This document shows positions 25,301 to 36,800 of a stretch of DNA of 37,752 nt, piece by piece. The DNA comes from Reclinomonas americana ATCC 50394. Lineage: Eukaryota. The stretch's first letter is position 1; the number at the start of each line of letters is the position of its first letter. The stretch lies in contig PS015136.1 in the NCBI GenBank assembly GCA_048213135.1, positions 36,734 to 74,485 on the forward strand, given 5' to 3'. Under the pieces are notes generated by a model. The model worked only from the letters and a program-made list of their open reading frames with translations, made no database searches and had not been told where the DNA came from. The position numbers and the translations under genes were made by a program.

Positions 25301-27845
25301 TTGTCGGAGCAGTTGTACGACGTGGTGCTGCCGGCGCTGAGGTGCTGCTGCATGCTGTTGTACGGACCACCTTGTGTATGCTCACGTGTTAATGCTTGCA
25401 GTGCTGGCAAGATTGTTCTCTCCGATCGCTACTTTTACACGAGCCTGGCGCGCGACACCGTGCGCGGCAGCGACCGCGTGTGGCTGGAGAATTTGTACGC
25501 CAACATGATTCAGCCGGATCTCGTCATGTACTTCCGCATCCCGGTGGAGACCGCCATCTCGCGCGTGGTGAAGCGGCGCATGGCCAGCAGCGCGCACGCG
25601 GTCGGTGAGTCCGACGACGACGAGGACGACTTGTCGGACGACGACCTGCGGGGATCACTGACCGACAGCCTACCGGTCGAATATCTCGAGACGCGTCCGC
25701 GCTCGCGACAGCCCCCGTTTGTCAGCAAGGTTCTCCCCTCTCCCCTCTCCACGGCCACCAGCGCAGCGGCGCCGTCTGCATCTCGCCGTTCATTTCCGCC
25801 GACGGGCGTGGTGGAGGACGGCGAGGGCGAAGATGTCGATGTGCGACGCCGCTCGCACTCATCGGCGCTGGGTGTGGTCACCAGCAGTGGCAGCGACAGC
25901 CACAGCAGCAGTGGATTCGGCCATGGTCTGGCGCACGCGGCCGATGACAAGGACGACGGCGAGCCGCAGTTGTCGTTCTACGAGGCTGGTCTCGATCTCC
26001 ATCTCGAGGATGATCCGCTAAAGGTACCAGGAACCACAGCTGTGTGCGTGGCGTTGCGCTCACTGTGTGTGGTGTTGCGCGCAGAATTTCATCTCGTTCC
26101 AGACGCTGGTGTCGGACCAGTATGACATTCTGGCTGATGGTGTGTGTGTGTACTGCTGTGCTTGTTGCGCTGACGCATTGCCACCAACATTTGTTCTTCT
26201 CTGCACCTTTTTGCAGCGTACGATTTCAAAGTGTTTGACGCCACGCAGGCCATGGAGTTGCAGCACGAGATCGTGATGCATCATGTCAACAGGATCCTCG
26301 TGCAAGGTCCGCATGTGCGCACCAACGTGCTTAACGCCTTCGACAAGAACCCCGAAGACGATCCGCCAAAGATGCGCTCAAATTATCTGCGCGGGCACGC
26401 CTGGAGCGGTCTTCATTTCTACTTTCGCAACATGCACCAGGTGAGCGCTGCGAGCGTGAGTGACTGTTCTTCCCGAGCCGTCCATCTAAGCCACGCCAAC
26501 AGACCATGCTGGAGCGCACCGAGGAACTGATGGATCTCGGCCCGATGCCGCGCGTGTTCTTGCACGGAAATCCACACATTGACAACTTTGCCAAGGTTAT
26601 ATCTTGGTGCCGGCGCTGTTCCGCGGAGAATGCCCTAACCCCACTCACGTGTGTAGGGCGTGGCCGGCTCTGCCTTGTTGGACTTTGATCGCTCCAAGTT
26701 CGGTCCATACGCCTGGGATCTGCTGCGCCTGATGGTGTCGCTCTCCATCCGCTCCAAGAGCGCTTCGACGCACCTATTGCACTGGTCGCTCGTGCGTGCC
26801 GTGCAGGAGGGCTACTTTTGGGGCTTCCTACATCCCGACATGCCCCTCCGCGACATGCAAAAGCTGTCGGTTTGTGCGCTTCACGATCGCCTCCTTGCCG
26901 CGTTTCTCCTTGCTAATTTCGCGCACAGGTGGCTCGCCCGTTGCCCGAGGAGGAGACGACGAATGCGTACCTTGCCGCCAATCGTGGCTGGGCCATGGAG
27001 ATGCGTGAGAATCAGCTGCCGGTGGACGACGAGAATGTGCAAACCCTGGTGCGCTTGTACGCCGAGTCGCGTGGCGAACCGAGACTGCTTTCCGAGTTTC
27101 GTCATCTGTTGCTCCTCTCCTCCAACCAGCGAGCTCAACGTCGGGTTGCACGAAACACCCTTTCTCATACGCAGCTATCGCATCGAAGAAGCTGGTCGTG
27201 GTTTCGGGTCCATGGCCGTTCGCGATCGATACTTGGTGGTGTTGGCGCCCACCGCCGCCGCCGCTGCCACGGATCGCCTATTCCTCGACATAAAAGAGAC
27301 TCGACGCGACCCCGACACGCGCTACTTTGCCAATCCATTCGACCACAATGGCAAGCGCATGATCGCAGCTGGCAAGCTGTACGCTCCGAGCTGGGTTGAA
27401 CGGGAGGTGAGTGTGGGTGTGAGAGAGAGAATGAGGTGCAATTCGTGTATTCACGACTCTTCGTGCAGGGGTTTGCCACGCTGGGCGATGTCGAGTATCA
27501 CATTCGACAGATACCGCCACAGACAATCAAGCTGAAAGGACTGTTGAACCTGGCCGACGCGCGTGACTTTGCGTACACGGCGTCCACTCAGCTCGGTCGA
27601 GGTCATCGCCTCTCGCTGCAGCCGGCCTGGTCGCCGCGTGATTTGCTGGCCCACCTGGAAGAGTTGCGACAGTGTTGCTCTTCTTGTCCTCAGGTGCGCT
27701 TGCACCCTCAACCGATCTCTCTCCGTGCAGCAATCTGCCGACCATCATCGATGTGGCTAATCAGTTGCGACAAGAAATCACGGGAGCGTACTGGCGCTAC
27801 CGCGCCAAGTGCGACGTTGCCGAACGCAACTTTAACAACAAATAA
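22350..27845 (+). CDS. SPX domain + multi-pass (MFS-like) membrane region + thymidylate-kinase-like P-loop domain + DUF2252 kinase-like domain fusion (~20 exons, ~1400 aa)
   Basis: SPX: MKFGVQL...WRNNYVRYKRLKDKI...FVQLNAEGFRKVLKKHRKH. Roughly 10 hydrophobic segments at 23240-24960. TMK: FIVVEGLDG|SGKSTQ, IVLSDRYFYTSLAR, PDLVMYFRIPVETAISR. DUF2252: LHGNPHIDNF, DFDRS..GPYAWDLLRL, GFGSM..RYLVVL, LDIKE, YHIRQ, LGRGHRLS. 19 phase-compatible GT-AG introns with no in-frame stop until TAA 27843-27845. Confidence 0.88.
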
Positions 27846-27896
27846 TCGACACCCAATCCCACTAGTGTATAGAGCAACCAACCTCGCATGTTTATA

Positions 27897-30800
27897 TTAC
27901 TCATTTGCATTGTCGTTCTCCGTGAGACCCAGCGATTTGAAGCATTGCATCACGTGCCGCACGCGGAGCAAATTCTCACGGCAGCGTCCCAGCCGGTCGT
28001 TGAAGTGCTGATGCACGATGAGCTCCAGCTCATCGCGATCGGCGGCCGCGAGGTCCTTGACGCGCACATAGCCGGCATTGTGGAACCACGAGAGGAGGCG
28101 GAGTACGTAATCGTCACTGTTTCGCCGGCCGACCAGTGGAGTGTCGATCAAGAGCGACGACTTCCACAGGCGCACTTTGGCGACCACCGTCGGTTTCACC
28201 ACCGGGTACCACCGACGGCGTCGAATGCGCACGGCCGCCGGTAGAGCCTCTGGCCTCCTGGTCGGCAAGTACTGCTCCTGTCGCCCGGTGACAGTGATAG
28301 ACTGCAGTGCCGGTGCGCACGCGACCAGTCCGCTCAACGCGTCGTCCACGTGGTGCACATCTGTGTTGGATCAAGAGCCATGTGAGCAACAGTATCCATG
28401 TGCTCTCTCTCTCTCTCTGCTGTGGCAAACACAAACCAATGAAAACAATGCTCGTCAACAGCGGCAGGGTGCACAAAGTTGGATCCAGCAAGCGCAATTC
28501 CAAGGCATCCACCCGACGCAATGTCAGTTGACGCAGCGACGGCGCGCATGCAGCAACGGCCGACCGCAACGAGTGCGAATGGCAGAGCTCCACTGGAGTG
28601 CAACTGAACGTCAGAATAACAGTAATCAAGAGTGACGGCCGTGTCAGTGACACCTCACCTTCTGAAATCACCAAGTCTTCCACCGCCTGACACCGCTCAA
28701 TGTGCACACCACCAATTGTGGCTCCGAGGAGACTACAGTGAGCCACGGCCACTGACGGGTTCGCAGCACTCGGCAAAAGCGGGAGAGCGCGCCGAGGATC
28801 GACGCTGGCCGCACCGCAGCGGAGCGACATGAAGTGGAGCAGCGCCTCCCGGGCGCGCCGGCAACCCGCTCGTGTATACAGACGTGCAGCAGGAGCAGGA
28901 ACGGCAAAGTGATGGATACGATGCCGCGGCCTGGCTGGCAGGGGCAGAACATGGAGACCGTCGACGTCCTCATCAAACTCGGCGACCCAGTCCACCGCAA
29001 TGGCTGGTCCCACCTCGTCGGCATCGACTGGCAGCTGCAACAGGTCGACCACCAGCGGCGCCGGCCGTGGCTGGCGTCGATTACGCTCACGAACCTCTTC
29101 TTCATCGGCGTCGTCTTCCGCTGCCCTTGGTGCGCCATCCAGTAGGGCGGACAACTGGCTCGGAATGGTGTCACCTGCGGCGAATAGGACGAGTCAAACA
29201 AGTGCACAGCGCATCGCACTCACTCACTCACGCAACATTGTGCATCAATGCTGCGCAGTGCAGCCAGCATCGCATCAGGCAGGTAAGTTCTGCAATATCC
29301 GAGTAGCACATCCAGAATGTCGTGCGATTCTCCCAGCACTGCAATGATGGTGGTCAGCAGGTGATCACCAAGTTGCACTTCCTCTTTCCCCTCTCTCTGT
29401 CGCTCACCAGGCTTATCGAGATATCCCGGCAGCTGCACAAGCACACACGATGGATCGCCATTCATGCACGAAATCTTATACGAGTAACCCGGCAGCTGCT
29501 GATCGTCGTCGTCTGCTGGTCCGAGCTCCAGCGCAATGCAGCACACTTGGCGGACCAGGCAATCGGCCAAGGCGCGGTACTTGTTGTGTGCCTCGTTGAG
29601 AGCATCGTCAAGCTGCAGAAGCACGAGGGGAGTGAGGGAGAGGCATGCAAGAGCAAGAGTTGAGGAGGAACATGGCAAACCAGCTTCAGCAAGGCGCGCA
29701 CATGCCGGTACGTCAAAAACGCATGATGGACAATGCGCTGCAGTTGATTTGCCAGCTCTGACGCCGCTCTGCTCTTCCCACTCGCCGTATGCTCCACCAG
29801 TTCTCTCACCACAACACGCGTTGCATCCACCCACTGTTCGCGGAACATGCGCAAGTCGATCATGAAGTTGCAGTCACCACCGGCGATTCGCATGACTGTT
29901 TCCTCCACTTGTTGTGCTGCGCGCACCATCATGATTCAACACTCCCGGCGACCAGTTGTGCGAGAGACAGACAGCTGCAAGAGGCGCGCACCATGCTCCG
30001 CGGTCTTGCTGTAGAACGTCTCGAGTGCACTGACCACGGCAGGCGCAAACAGCACAATGCTGACGGCTTCGGTGAGATCTGCGGGCACACACGTGTGAGA
30101 TGAAGGGCCAGGGAGAGAGAGAGAGAAGGAAAGATGAACGTAACCTGGCGCGGCCCAAATGTCGGTCTTGATGGTCAGTGTGCTGCCCTCCAGCTGTGTC
30201 ACCCACAGAGTTAGTCCACGTACGCAGAAAGAGGAAGGAGAGAGATAAAAAATCGCGGTACCTTGCAGGCACTGGCCAGCGGATGTTCATACGAGTGCTC
30301 GAGATGAATCTCCGAGACTGCTCGCAGTGTGCGCAAAATGTGGCGAGCAAGCAGTGCACGTAGCGAACGCTGCGCGCAACGAAAAATCAGGAGGAGAACA
30401 GTGAGCAACCAAAGAGGAGAGATAGAGAGTGTCCAACGGCCCACACGCAACTGTCAACTTCATAAACTTCTTGTCGTACCGCGAGGTGATGGCAAACTGC
30501 GTGCCGTACCACGACCGCAAGCTCGCTACCACATCCTCCACGGGCGACACATGCCGAGTAAACAAGTCGCACAACGCCATAGGCCGTGTGGGGTCGTCCG
30601 GCAAGATATCGTCGAGAGCCTGTGTCACCGACGGCCAGTGCACAGTCATGCGCCAGCGATCTGTAATGTCGTCCAGCATGGGCAGCAGATCAAAGTTGAC
30701 CGGATTGATGGGCAGCTCCCGCATGCATCGCGGACTGATAAAGTGATACTGAAGTTGTCGACGCAGTTGCTGCAGTACATCATCGCCGCCACCACAATCA

Positions 30801-33800
30801 TCAGCAAACAAGAGCGTGCAACCGAACGACACACAGATAACTCGCTTACCTGGGGAATGATACGCGACTGCAGCGCCAGTGCCGCGGCCTTGTTGTTCAT
30901 CTCTTGCAAGCGTTGACGCAACATTGGCGGCGGCACCATCTGACCTCCTATCCAGCAATTGCCGTACTCGTCGTCGTCAACGAGGAACACAAAGTAGATG
31001 CGATCGCGTGTCAACTTGTTCTTGGATACGACGAACGGATCCTCCTGCGGGTCGCACGCTTGCAACACCAATTCGACCGAGTCCACACCAAACACCTCTT
31101 GACGTGCGGCCTCAATCTCGCGCGTGAACGGACCCTGCTGCAGCGACAGCAGTGGCTCGTAGACGCTACGACACATGGTCATTAGCTCGGCGGCATCGTC
31201 CTAGACGAGGAAATGAGCAAAAAGTTGCGCGTCGCTCTCGCGAACAACAGACGCAAGCAGTAGTACCTCGTACAAGTGCATCCGGCTGCGTGAGGATCTG
31301 CAGTGACGGTGAATCGACTCCCAGTCGATGGTGATGGTCAGGCGGAAGAGCGACTTGTCGAGTTCGCGATCCGGCCAGTGACGAAGCGGGCGGAGATTGG
31401 CGAGTTTATACTCTTCGACACGACGCCATGCCTCCTCCAGTTGCCGCTCCACGTGGGGAATGAGCAACTGCTGTGTTGGCGTACGTGGTGCGCCGTCGAT
31501 GACGCCCACACGCAGGCGGACTGCACCACCAATGTCGGCCACCGTGCAGGCCACTTGCTCTGCAAATTGCACACACAAGAGGGTGACTTCCAAGCTTCCG
31601 TTTCAACAGGGACACAAGTGCAAGCGCACCTGGAACGGTTGTGAACGAGACAGAAACGGTACCACCAAAGCGCGGATAGCCCCGTTGCAGCAGCTGTGCC
31701 ACATGTCCGAGACACTATCGACAAGCAGCTTGGTGAGTTCAAGCAGCGAGAAGTGTGCACTGACATCCTACTCCTCAGCCCACCGTCGCCGTTGGCAGTG
31801 CACTGATGAAAATGCATTGAGACATGGCATCCCCGCGACAGGCGGCTGCGAGAGTCGCCCAGTCGACTTGCACCACCAATCCCGGGCACACACGGGCCAG
31901 CGCCGGCACAGCTTCCGCATTGAATTCGTCAATATAGTCCTCCACTCTGCGGTGCATCCAGTCAAAGTCACCAGCTGCCGCGGCTTGCAGCCGAGCCAAG
32001 TGCCGCAGATCGAGCCACGACAAGGTGCTGCGCGTCTCCGAAGTGGGAACCACCGAGAACGTCGTCTCGAATGCAGGCACCCGCGCCAGCCGCCGATCGG
32101 CCGCTACAGTCGGCAGTTCCACGTCGGGATGCCACTGCTGCTCGACTGTTTCGAGTTGTGCTCCAGAAAGATCTGTACCCATGCTGTGAGAGTCACCCCC
32201 CTCCTCTGCAGTGGTGCCACGAAAACAGACGCAACTGTGGTACCACAGCCGAACACGTGGATTGTGCTCCAACCAATGCCGCTCGTCGCCAGCGGGCAGC
32301 AGGTATGGCGGCAACACCGCCGCCAGCGCCGCTGCCGTACTCACATGACCGACGGCGAGAGCCTCTGCAATCGGGTTGCATTCACCGGGACCCAGCACAG
32401 GGCTCAACAGCTCGCTCAGTTCGGCAAGTGTCATATGTGCCGTGGCCCGCTCCAGCGCTGCGCAGTTGGTCAGTCCATGCAAACACACTCTGAAAATCGA
32501 TCACGAGGAGACGCACCCACGGCCACCAAGTCAGTCAGTCCGTGTCGAGCAACAAAGGAGAGCACTGCCGGCCCCACACCGGCTCCAACATCCACCATGC
32601 GATGCAGCGCGACCTCAAATCCCCTTACCAGATGCTGCTGCATCGACAACTCGAGTGCGCTCTGTACGACCTCTGCGTGCTGCTCCAGTGGTTCTGGCAG
32701 CACCTGCAGCAGCCGCACCAGGCTGGCCTCACAATCGCCTCGCAAATTCGCTAATTCGCGAAGCACTTGCGCCGGTGGAATGCCCGCTTGCCGCACATGC
32801 TCGACTGCACCAAGCGACGAGATTGAGCAACAATCGTCTCTTAACGTGACAGCGACAAAAACGCAACTGGCGGAGGGGCGAGAGAGGAGGACATGCCATG
32901 TATCCCATCGCGTGTGCTTGCAGGTTTGCGGTACTACAGTGGCCTCCGCGGCGACGGCCGCCGGCGTTTGCAAGAGGTCGCGGAAAAGACCGCACGCACC
33001 CAGCTGTTCCGTCATGCCCAAGAATTCGTCTGCAACTGCAGCATCATCGACGCCAATTCCACGCAGTGTGCGCAACACGTGTGTGTGACCGCACACACGC
33101 GCCATGACCGCGCAGGCCATCTGTCCGTCGGCCCCCGGTGTGCTCCACTGGTGGAGATGGGATATATGAGAGATGCTCTTCCTCTCCGTGAAACCACAAA
33201 GAAGAACACTCACCGACAACGGCGTCCACACTTCCACTCCGTGTTCTTTATGGACCTGCGAAATGACCGCAGCGAAACCACGCTCGGCGCAAATCTCCTG
33301 CACACTCTGCTGCGGTCCGTCCACCTCCTGTGCGTACGTCGCACATCATGTCAGTGGCGAGAAGTCCCCACTTTGATTGGGAATAAGCACGTACTCGTTG
33401 CAGCAACAGGTCGGGTGAGTAATGCTGATCGCTGAGATAGGAGAGCAATGTGGCCTCACTGGCATGCCGAGCCAACGTCAGGACAGCCGGTCGCCGCGGC
33501 AATACGCCATACTGATCACGGAACAAGTGTGCCAAATTGAGAGCGCCGCGTGCCAACGCCACATCGGTCCACGACACGGTGCCATCCTCCGTAAGTGGAC
33601 TCTGCATGTAGACGAGAGGATTGTCGCACTGCGCCACAATGCGAGCCACAATGTGACTTGCTCCACAACGCACAGCGAGGCCAAGCTCGCTGCCCACGAG
33701 AATCTGCACGCATAAATGAGAACTGAAATATGACGCGATGTGTCGCCTCCGCACGCAATTCAAACCTTGCGGACGCAGCGCGGCCACGTGTCCACCACAG

Positions 33801-36800
33801 GCTGGATGGGAGCGTGGCCGAACTCGGGCACAACACCTCGATCGAGCAACATGGCCGCGAGCGCCGGTCGCTTGTACCACAGGCACAGTGCCAGAGGCGA
33901 GCGCACAGGAGTGGCGTAGTCCGGTCCCATCCACGACTGCCACAGTCGAGAGTCGCGCTGATCAGTGGCCGGCACACCAAACTGGAAGTGCACAGGAGTC
34001 AGTGCAACAGCGAGTGAGTGGTGAAGGAGCATTGTAAAACGGCTCACCAAATCGATGAACTTGGCCAGCAATTCCTCCTGTCCGGCTTCGATGAGTGCTC
34101 GTGGCAGTGTCCACGCCGACAACAGTTGCATGCGCACGCCGACTGACAGGCGACGCAGCGGCTGACTGCCAATTGCCGGCAGCGGTGGCTCACGAGGAGG
34201 TCTCTTCTCCAGCACCAGTCGGACTGCGTCCCACTGCTGGCAATAGGCCGCCAACATGAGCGCCGTCCAGCCGTCACCCAGAATGTCGCTGCAATGCGCG
34301 CGCGGTCAGTGGACGACAAAGAAACGTTGGAGGGATGTCTGTGTGGGGCACACGCGCCGCACCGATTGGGATCGACATTCTCGCAGTCCAGCAGCTGCGT
34401 CACGAGTGGTACGATTCCCGGACCGCGATCGGCCACTTGAACCCAGCCGAATGGCGAAAAGAAATGCGCATCGCCTCGCGGCCGTACCACAATACTCAGT
34501 ACGAGGGCGTCGTACGACAACGTGAGCGAACCACAGGTGCCAGTGGCCACCACGTCCGGTCGCGCACCAGCGCGCAGCAAGGCACTAACCAGCGCCGAAT
34601 TGCCCTGCGGAGCACGGAAAGAGAGGGATGGACAAGAAAAATCAACAACACTGCCCAATAAAGGAAGATTGCTGCACTTCGCTAGACATACCATACAACA
34701 GGCGGCCATCAGTGGCGTCATCTACACCGCCGGTGTCAGCAACGCTTACGAAGGATTTGACGACAGCAAGCGAATAACGTACTTGGAGCGACACCACTCG
34801 CATGTGTACGTTGCCTACGCGGAGAGGCGGCAGTAGGGCGCCGGGAACCTGCCACGTGTGATCGAGAGCCGGTGACTGCGGCGGGTACCGTTCAAGCAGT
34901 GCGTACACGACAGGCAAGCGGTCCATGAGAATGCACTCAGCCTGGCGTGCGGTCAGCAGAGCGAGTGAAGAACGTGGAGGTGGATCACACATATACCAGC
35001 GTGCTGGAATCGGGGGAGCCTTCGACGACCACACTGTCTGGGAATGCCTGCGTCACACACCCACTGTCAAACAGCAGCATTGACGCAGACAGAGGTGATG
35101 CACAGTGGACTTGACCTCCAAGCATGCCTGCAACGACGACAAGCTGCACGTCGCCGCATGCGCCAGCACACTTCGCAAAGGTGACCGTGCTTGTGATGTG
35201 ATGCCAGACAAGGCCGGAGGTCGCGCAAACAACGGTTGCTGTTCTCCCTCACGCCACGAGAGAAACTCGCGTCTGTTGGTGTTTTGTGGGGGATTTTTAG
35301 CAGGGACTGGTAGCACATGAAAGAAGAGGTGTGACGAACCCGTATCCCTCCATGACCGAATCGGCCACGTCTCTCGGCATCACCAAGGCACGCAAATTGC
35401 CGAGTGCAAGACTGTCTCGTCCCGTTGTGCCACTACTCTCAAAGTGCACCCGCCGAACGCCAGCTCGGAAGCACGAAACCACCGTGACAGCGTTGCATTC
35501 GTTCAATGCGTACTTGGCCGGCACTTGAATCACCGGTGGCTCGGCAGTCACCGCTCGAACTCTCTCCAGCAGGCTGAGCGACTACAAGGCGGCGACGTGA
35601 GTCGAACACTGGGGTTGCCACGCCGAGGGCACACCACTTGCAACTCAACTGTCGTTGTCCAACCACGGCCGACCGTGATGCCGAGCAGCTCCGTCAGCAG
35701 CTCCAAGTCCAGCTGCGGAAGACGCTGCGTGAACGTGTCGACCTCGTCCTGAGCGATGCTGGAGATCAGTGCTTTCATCGTCGTGCGCTCTTCGTGGGTC
35801 GCTGGCGTGCCAACGCGTCGAAGCAAGACTGCTATGCATTGGCGGCAATCGTGCGCCAGAGTAGAAAAGGAGCCAGTCTCATCCACAGATAAGTCGACCA
35901 GGAATGTCGGTTGTCGCTGCACGGCGAGTGCGAAGTGGTAAGCAGCAGGCGATTGTTCAGATTTCGGGACATAGGAGAACTCTTCGCCGTACCGAGGCCA
36001 CCCAATGAATNNNNNNNNNNNNNNNNNNNNNNNNNNNNNNNNNNNNNNNNNNNNNNNNNNNNNNNNNNNNNNNNNNNNNNNNNNNNNNNNNNNNNNNNNN
36101 NNNNNNNNNNNNNNNNNNNNNNNNNNNNNNNNNNNNNNNNNNNNNNNNNNNNNNNNNNNNNNNNNNNNNNNNNNNNNNNNNNNNNNNNNNNNNNNNNNNN
36201 NNNNNNNNNNNNNNNNNNNNNNNNNNNNNNNNNNNNNNNNNNNNNNNNNNNNNNNNNNNNNNNNNNNNNNNNNNNNNNNNNNNNNNNNNNNNNNNNNNNN
36301 NNNNNNNNNNNNNNNNNNNNNNNNNNNNNNNNNNNNNNNNNNNNNNNNNNNNNNNNNNNNNNNNNNNNNNNNNNNNNNNNNNNNNNNNNNNNNNNNNNNN
36401 NNGTTGCCTGCCAACAGACCGCGCAACAATTCAACGTGCGACCACGAGAATGTCGAACCACCCGCATCAATTGCCGCTGCCATGCCTGCACAGCACAGAG
36501 AAATACGAGCATGAAACTTGGAGGAAAAAACAAGCTGCACACACGCTGCCCCCTTGTGGCCGACGTACCTTGCGCATACGCAACCGTAATTGCAGCATCC
36601 AGCGCGATTCTAGCTGCATCGTCGCCTACCCCCAGCAGAGCGTGGAATAGACTGCGACGACACGCGTGTCACGGATGGAAGGAGAAGTGTCGGTCAATAT
36701 TGATAGGTGGTGTGTGCGTACCGCTCGTGGCGTGCACCGGCGGCCAGCTCGAACGCAGCCTTCAAGGCTCCATCGGCGAAATCCGCACCCAGATCCTTCA

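Noticed and set aside
31397-33088. 563-aa ORF on the plus strand
   Set aside because: Antisense to the ankyrin gene; R/S/C-rich non-protein-like composition, and intron signals fit the minus strand.
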